A stretch of DNA of 64,000 nucleotides from an uncultured Candidatus Binatia bacterium (GTDB lineage Bacteria; Desulfobacterota; Binatia; UBA9968; JAJDTQ01), in assembly GCA_965215605.1 (NCBI GenBank), contig OZ244070.1, positions 3,232,001 through 3,296,000 on the forward strand. Reading direction: 5' to 3'. The notes beneath the pieces were generated by a model, which saw nothing but the letters and a program-made list of their open reading frames with translations, searched no databases and was not told where the DNA came from. The position numbers and the translations under genes were made by a program. Below, in pieces: positions 58,632 to 64,000 of this stretch (position 1 is the stretch's first letter; each line of letters begins with the position of its first letter).

Positions 58632-59873
58632 TCAGAACCCCGCTGCCGGCTCCAGCGCCCCTTCTGGCGGCGTCCGCGTTTCATAGGCCCACTCGGGCAT
58701 CCGGCTCTCCATGCCGCTGGCTTGCAGCTCGGCTTCGTAGGTCTTTCGGATCTGCGGGTCCTCGTCCATGTAGGCGATGGCGTTGCCGCCGTCCCGGGTG
58801 TCCACCGCTCCCACGTCCTTGGCCTGGGCGCCGGGGGCGCCGCCGCGGCGGAAGCCGGGGCCGTAGGGGCCGTCGAAGATGAGCAGGCGCAGGCCTTCCG
58901 GGTCGGTGCCGAAATGCTGGTGGAACCAGTCGCCGCGCATGGGCGCGGCGCTGATCATGCCCACCGGCTCGTAGGTCTGCTGCTTGACGTCGTCCCCGCG
59001 TCCTTGCTCCCACGGCCGCGTGCCCAACGTGTCCGGCCAGGTGTAGCTGAATCCCTTGCCCTTGATGCAGACCAGGATGGCTCCGGAGCTGTGCTTGTGG
59101 GCCTTGGAGTACTGTCCGGTCTCGTACTCGGCGATCTTCATGTAGAAGTTGGCCCCGGCCATGTGCGGCTCCACCCGGCGGTAGCTGAAGGAGCGCCGGT
59201 TGTCCCGCGGCAGCTCGCAGGTGACGATGTCCGGGATGACGTTGGTGAGACGCATGGCCAGGCCGCGCACCGGGTCCGCGTGGATCTCTTCCACCGGCTT
59301 GAAGTAGTCGTCCTCGCCGGAGAACCGCTTGCTGAACTCGTAGGGGCAGTTCATCACGAACTCGGCGTCCCGGACCAGGTTCAGGATGTTGGGGGCGGTG
59401 GTGGCGGCCAGCAGCATGGCCGGAGAGGAGGCGGCGTTGACCACCCGGTGCCAGGCGTTCAGCGGAATGCCGAACAGCGAGCCCGGGCCCCACTCGAAGG
59501 TCTGCTTCCTGCTCTCGCTCTCGTGCCACACCTCGGTGGTGCCGCGTCCCTCCACCACGTAGTAGGTCTCTTCGTACAGGTGGCGCTCGGCGTTGAGCGC
59601 GCCCGCCCCGGGGACTTCCACCACGTACATGCCCCAGAGGTGCTCGGTGCCCAGAAGCTGGATGCCGGTGCCGCGTCCGCCCAGGCGCTTCCAGGGCGCC
59701 ATGGGCAGGTCCTGGACCTTGTGCACGCCGATGTCCCGGTGAATGGGGACTCCCTGGTCTTCCATGAAGCGGTCGTAGGGCGACTTGGGGTTCATCCACT
59801 TGCCGAAACCGGCCTTGCCGGTGGGCGAAGGTTCATCGAAATCGTACAGTTCCGCGCCGGGTTCCACTCCCAT
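58632..59873 (-). CDS. Cupin domain protein (bicupin-like)
   Basis: ERHLYEE..YVVEGRG.T, IPLNAWH, SKAHKH, WFHQHF. Confidence 0.85.
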   Translation of the reverse strand: MGVEPGAELYDFDEPSPTGKAGFGKWMNPKSPYDRFMEDQGVPIHRDIGVHKVQDLPMAPWKRLGGRGTGIQLLGTEHLWGMYVVEVPGAGALNAERHLYEETYYVVEGRGTTEVWHESESRKQTFEWGPGSLFGIPLNAWHRVVNAASSPAMLLAATTAPNILNLVRDAEFVMNCPYEFSKRFSGEDDYFKPVEEIHADPVRGLAMRLTNVIPDIVTCELPRDNRRSFSYRRVEPHMAGANFYMKIAEYETGQYSKAHKHSSGAILVCIKGKGFSYTWPDTLGTRPWEQGRGDDVKQQTYEPVGMISAAPMRGDWFHQHFGTDPEGLRLLIFDGPYGPGFRRGGAPGAQAKDVGAVDTRDGGNAIAYMDEDPQIRKTYEAELQASGMESRMPEWAYETRTPPEGALEPAAGF

Positions 59874-60115
59874 GATGTCCTCCTTGGTCGGTGTCGGGAG
59901 GATGTTAACCGCGCCCTCCGGCGCGGTCAAGCGCGCCAGTTTGCCTGACGTTCGGCGTACCCTCCGGCGCGTGGATTCAAGCGGTTCCGCCATTTGATAG
60001 GGTAGGGGCTTTGATCTATAGTGGCAGTGCTCCGGCGGACACTGCCGGAACGCTTTCCACGAGTCATGCAAGCTGACGTGGCGGCCCGCCGCCCGTCCGA
60101 GGAAGGAGCAGAGCC

Positions 60116-61249
60116 ATGAAGGACGGATTTCGTGTCATCGATTCGGATCGGCACATCATGGAGCCGTCGGACATGTATGATCGGTACATGCCGAAGAAGT
60201 TCCACGGGCGGGTGAAGATCACCGGACCGAACCAGTCCAACCGCTACGTGGACGGCAAGCCTGTCTCCGACTCCAACAGGCGGCCCGACCGGGAGGTCAC
60301 CGACCATGGCTTCATCTTCGCCAGCAACGAGTCCTGGCGCGAGACTTTCGCCGAGGCCATTTCCACGGGTTTCGACCCCGCGTCCAACCTCCGCGACATG
60401 GACAAGGAGGGCATCGATCTGAGCGTGCTGTTTCCCACCATGGGCCTCTACGTCATGTGGAGCTCGGACATCGACCCCGAACTGAGCCAGGCCATCTGCC
60501 GGGCCTACAACACCTGGCTCGCGGAGTACTGCAGCCACGACGAGTCGCGGCTCCGCGGCGTCATGCTGCTGCCGCTGCAGGACCCGGCCCGGGCGGTGGA
60601 GGAATTACGGCACGCCCGTGAGAAACTCGGCCTCGTGGGGATCTTCTGGCGCCCCAACAAGCTCTGCGGCCGCACCCTGGCGAGCCCGGACTACTATCCC
60701 ATCTACGAGGCGGCCCAGGACCTGGGCGTGACCGTGTGCGTCCACGAAGGCGCGCGCACGGTCCTGGAGCAGGCGGGCGGCGACCGCTACAGCGAGTTCG
60801 GCCGCCACGTGGCCTGTCATCCCATGGAGCAGATGCTGGCCTGCCTGAGCTTCTGTGGCGACGGCGTGCTGGAGAAGTTCCCCACGCTGAAGGTCGCCTA
60901 CCTGGAATCCGGCTGCGGCTGGGTGCCGTTCTGGCTGGAGCGCATGGATGAGCACTGGGAGCACGAGTCCCACGGCTCGGCCAAGACCACCGCGGAGAAG
61001 CCCAGCTTCTACTTCCAACGGCAGTGCTGGGTGAGCTGCGAGGCCGGCGAGGAGCTGGTGCCGAGCTTCGTGGAGCACCTGGGCAACGACCGCCTGACCA
61101 TGGCCACGGACTATCCCCACAGCGACTGCGTCGACAAGTGGCCCGACCTGACCGTGGGCGCGCTCAGCGCCAACGACAAGCTCTCGGAGGAAACCCGCCG
61201 CAAGATCCTGTGGGACAACCCGGCGCAGATGTACGGACTGGGGCAGTAA
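60116..61249 (+). CDS. Amidohydrolase family protein (Amidohydro_2)
   Basis: IDSDRHIMEP, CVHEG, FPTLKVAYLESGCGW, TDYPHSD. Confidence 0.93.
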   Translation: MKDGFRVIDSDRHIMEPSDMYDRYMPKKFHGRVKITGPNQSNRYVDGKPVSDSNRRPDREVTDHGFIFASNESWRETFAEAISTGFDPASNLRDMDKEGIDLSVLFPTMGLYVMWSSDIDPELSQAICRAYNTWLAEYCSHDESRLRGVMLLPLQDPARAVEELRHAREKLGLVGIFWRPNKLCGRTLASPDYYPIYEAAQDLGVTVCVHEGARTVLEQAGGDRYSEFGRHVACHPMEQMLACLSFCGDGVLEKFPTLKVAYLESGCGWVPFWLERMDEHWEHESHGSAKTTAEKPSFYFQRQCWVSCEAGEELVPSFVEHLGNDRLTMATDYPHSDCVDKWPDLTVGALSANDKLSEETRRKILWDNPAQMYGLGQ

Positions 61250-61251
61250 CG

Positions 61252-62277
61252 GTGGCGAAGTTCCGCGTCGTATACTGCGGCAGCAACGACGTCCCCGTCG
61301 ATCTCATCGAGCCCATCCTGCGCGAGGCCGGCGCGGAGATGGTGGTGGCCAGGCCCACCAACGACGAGGAGTTGGCGGAGGCGGGGCGGGGCGCCGACGG
61401 GATGATCTTCCATGGCGCCCTGCCGCTCACCCGCGAGATCATCGAGAAGCTCGACCGCTGCAAGGTCATCTGCCGCACCGGCGTGGGCGTGGACCGGCTG
61501 GACCTGGACGCGGCCAGGGAGCACGGCATCACCGTGTGCAATGCCGCCGGCTGCAACTCCATCGAGGTGTCGGAGCAGATGATCGGCCTCATGATCGCCA
61601 TATCCCGCAAGCTCGTACGCATGAACCAGTACGTGCGCGAGGGCCGCTGGCGCCGCCACACCGCCGAGCTGCACGCCTACCGCGGCCCCGTCTCCCGCAT
61701 CGCCGGTCAGACCCTGGGCCTCGTGGGTCTCGGAAACGTGGGGCGTCAGGTGGCGCCCCGGGCCTTGGGCATGAAGATGAACGTCCAGGCGGTGGACCCC
61801 TACGTGGCTCCGGAACTCGCCGGGGCCATGGGCGTCAAGTTGGTTTCCTTCGATGAGTTGGTGCGCAGCTCGGACGTCATCAGCCTGCACGCGCCGCTGG
61901 TGCCGGCCACCCGCAAGATGTTCGGCAAGGCCCAGTTCGCGGCCATGAAGAACACGGCCTATTTCCTCAACTGCGCCCGCGGCGGTCTGGTGGACACCGA
62001 CGCCCTCCACGAGGCCCTCACCACCAACCAGATCGCCGGCGCCGCCCTCGACGTCACCGACCCCGAGCCCATGCCCGCCGACCACCCGATCCTGACCCTC
62101 CCCAACGTCATCGTCACCTGCCACACCGCCGCCAACTCCAACGAATCCTACGTCGACTGCCAGACCCACGCCGCCCGCGAAGTGGTCCGCGTCCTCCAGG
62201 GCGAGCCCCCCACCACCGAGATCAACGACCCGTGGCTGGTGGGCGAGGTGCAGGATCGGGGGTTCGGCGGGGTGTGA
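61252..62277 (+). CDS. D-isomer-specific 2-hydroxyacid dehydrogenase (CtBP-like)
   Basis: GVGVD, GLVGLGNVG, SLHAPL, NCARGGLVD, ALDV..PEP, TCHTA. Confidence 0.92.
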   Translation: MAKFRVVYCGSNDVPVDLIEPILREAGAEMVVARPTNDEELAEAGRGADGMIFHGALPLTREIIEKLDRCKVICRTGVGVDRLDLDAAREHGITVCNAAGCNSIEVSEQMIGLMIAISRKLVRMNQYVREGRWRRHTAELHAYRGPVSRIAGQTLGLVGLGNVGRQVAPRALGMKMNVQAVDPYVAPELAGAMGVKLVSFDELVRSSDVISLHAPLVPATRKMFGKAQFAAMKNTAYFLNCARGGLVDTDALHEALTTNQIAGAALDVTDPEPMPADHPILTLPNVIVTCHTAANSNESYVDCQTHAAREVVRVLQGEPPTTEINDPWLVGEVQDRGFGGV

Positions 62278-62334
62278 CGCGCCTGGATGCTCCCCGCATC
62301 GCCAGGCTGCAGCTTCACCGATAGGTGACGCAGC

Positions 62335-63258
62335 ATGATCGTGTACAGACGTGCTTTCTGGTACTGGCGGCGTTTGAAGCGTCGGATGAGGCGGGCGGCT
62401 GTGCTCCTGATCCGTGTCGGGTTGGTCGCGGCGGTCTTGCCGTTTGCGTTTTCGCTGCTGACGTCGATATGGCCCGAAGCGGCTGATGAAGCACGTCGGT
62501 TCTTCGCCGTAGTCGAGAACACCGTTCGGCCGGTCAGGGAACGCGTGGCGGATGAGTTGGGAATGAACCGGAGACGGCCCGCTATCCGGTTCGCCGACGG
62601 TGAGGAACCCGTCACGACGCCGGTGCCCAGCGAGGACGGGCCTGTTCAGACACGTCCAGACCGTTATGTCGAAACCCGAGGGCGACCGGAGCGGTCCGGC
62701 CCGAGGGGGGACGGCGCGGGGACCGCGATGTCCAAGACGCCGGAATCCGTTACGGTATTCCGTGGCGACAAGGTTGAAGTGATCCCGAGGCCGGTGAGGG
62801 ACGGGTCGCGTGTACGAGTCTTACGCGGCAGCCATGGAGGCAGCCATGGAATTTCAGGACGGGCGCGGGCCGTGGACGGGGACACTCTTGAAATGAACGG
62901 CATGCGCATCCGTCTGCACGGTATCGACGCTCCCGAGCACGATCAGTCCTGCCGCGTGGCAGGCCGTCGCTGGCCATGTGGTCGCCATGCGACGCAGATG
63001 CTGGCCAGCCAAGTCAACCACACCCCTGTTGTGTGCGAAGTGCGTGATCGGGACAGTTATGGCCGGGTCGTGGCGACGTGCAGCATCGCGGGCCGGGACC
63101 TCAACGCCTGGATGGTTGCGGGAGGATGGGCGTTCGCGTACCGCCGGTACTCCCGTGCGTACGTTGACGAGGAGGCACGGGCGCGGGCCGCGCGGCGCGG
63201 GGTGTGGCTGGGCGAAGTCGTTCGGCCGTGGCGGTGGCGCGCGAGGCAGCGCAGGTGA
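62335..63258 (+). CDS. Thermonuclease (SNase-like) family protein, membrane-anchored
   Basis: VDGDTL, IRLHGIDAPE, DRDSYGR, MVAGGWA, RRGVW. Confidence 0.88.
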   Translation: MIVYRRAFWYWRRLKRRMRRAAVLLIRVGLVAAVLPFAFSLLTSIWPEAADEARRFFAVVENTVRPVRERVADELGMNRRRPAIRFADGEEPVTTPVPSEDGPVQTRPDRYVETRGRPERSGPRGDGAGTAMSKTPESVTVFRGDKVEVIPRPVRDGSRVRVLRGSHGGSHGISGRARAVDGDTLEMNGMRIRLHGIDAPEHDQSCRVAGRRWPCGRHATQMLASQVNHTPVVCEVRDRDSYGRVVATCSIAGRDLNAWMVAGGWAFAYRRYSRAYVDEEARARAARRGVWLGEVVRPWRWRARQRR

Positions 63259-63359
63259 GGGCTGGGGGGTGGTGGGGGCTACCGGTGCTCAAGACGGTGA
63301 CTCTCCAACCCGACGCGGACGCCCGCCCTTGCGGCCGTTTTCTTTCGCGGCTCTCGTTT

Positions 63360-63710
63360 TCACCGATGACCGGCTTCTGCCGCCGGCCCCGCACCCATGA
63401 GTGAAGCCATCCAGCTTCTGGAGCCGAAGACGCCCCGTAGCAGCGCCGGAACAAGCAGGTCGGCATCGAGCCGCGGCCAGTGGAGCCCCAGCCCGGTCGG
63501 GCTAATCTCGATCTCTGCCAGATCATCAGGCGATGCACCGGCCAGTCCCTCTGCCAGCAAAGCGGGAAAAGTCACTTCCACACCGGTGCTAAGTTTCACG
63601 ACCACGCGTCCCCTGCGGCGGTTGTAGCGCGCGGCCTCGACATGGCCAGCCTCACGCTCAGCCAGCGCCCGGGCCGTTGCTTCCTCAAGTTCTGTTTCAG
63701 TAACGACCAT
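63360..63710 (-). CDS. DUF2442 domain protein (putative antitoxin)
   Basis: LAGASPDDLAEIEISPTGLGLHWPRLDADL..PALL.GVFGS. Confidence 0.88.
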   Translation of the reverse strand: MVVTETELEEATARALAEREAGHVEAARYNRRRGRVVVKLSTGVEVTFPALLAEGLAGASPDDLAEIEISPTGLGLHWPRLDADLLVPALLRGVFGSRSWMASLMGAGPAAEAGHR

Positions 63711-63877
63711 CGATCTTCCTCTCGCACAGTGTTAGTTAGCAGAACTCAAGCGCTTGGGGAAAGTCTGGTACGTGTCGCTACCTTGCGGCCAACGACGACT
63801 GTTGGTTGGTCGGTGTTCCTTTCTGTTGATGGAGGCTGGTGGTCGCAGTAACGGCGTCAATCCAGAACTGTCGGCAC
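63694..63877 (-). pseudogene. Degraded DUF4160 toxin gene
   Basis: GGAGG plus GTG-CCG-ACA-GTT-CTG (MPTVL), then frameshifts; residual D-H-Q-P-P and KIDGRY* overlapping the DUF2442 start. Confidence 0.45.
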
Positions 63878-63946
63878 TCCTCCGTGAAATTCTCGTGCTC
63901 CATTCCCTATACCTTTCCCGAAGTTTGTGGTGCAGGATTTTAACGG

Positions 63947-64000
63947 CTATCCGACCCGCGCCTCCCTGATCGCCCGCCACAGCTTCGGCGCCGTGTAGGG
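63947..64000 (-). CDS. 3' end of a CDS, probably a xanthine dehydrogenase-family molybdopterin subunit
   Basis: PYTAPKLWRAIREARVG* resembles the P.TP..(V/L)W.A(I/L) C-terminus of that family; only 17 aa visible. Confidence 0.4.
   Translation of the reverse strand, partial: PYTAPKLWRAIREARVG

Noticed and set aside
1-64000. tRNA/rRNA genes or att sites
   Set aside because: None recognised by eye; tRNAscan-SE/Infernal would be needed to exclude them.

Overview
High-GC bacterial genomic window with two halves. (1) 1-~34.9 kb is a mosaic, partly decayed conjugative/integrative island. It starts with a co-oriented (+ strand) 'leading-region'-type gene run: ParB-like, GHKL ATPase, RadC, methylase-strawberry-notch helicase, secreted HNH-Excalibur nuclease, two SLOG proteins, SSB, TOPRIM primase-like protein and DUF4326. 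This run points at a ~1.5 kb non-coding stretch of repeated hairpins and a MobC-like RHH gene (putative oriT). After that come a secreted ankyrin protein, an integrase remnant, a NADAR-AAA-DUF3150-VWA cassette, an AbiE type IV TA pair, IS3, Sel1/ankyrin proteins, a foldback IS3 remnant and a second ParB cut by IS5. (2) ~35-64 kb is host metabolic DNA: a sigma54-preceded urtABCDE-ureD-ureA operon with no ureB/ureC in the window, MFS and DMT transporters, three amidohydrolases, SDR, LLM oxidoreductase, amidase, cupin, a 2-hydroxyacid dehydrogenase and orphan solute-binding proteins. Two nearby genes, a rhodanese sulfurtransferase and a YccU-like CoA-binding protein, have an in-frame TGA at a conserved Cys position followed by a GGC-loop hairpin, so both are candidate selenoproteins. 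The gene content suggests a host-associated (e.g. sponge) Binatia/'Deltaproteobacteria'-like organism; this is inference only. All family calls come from motif recognition, not database searches.
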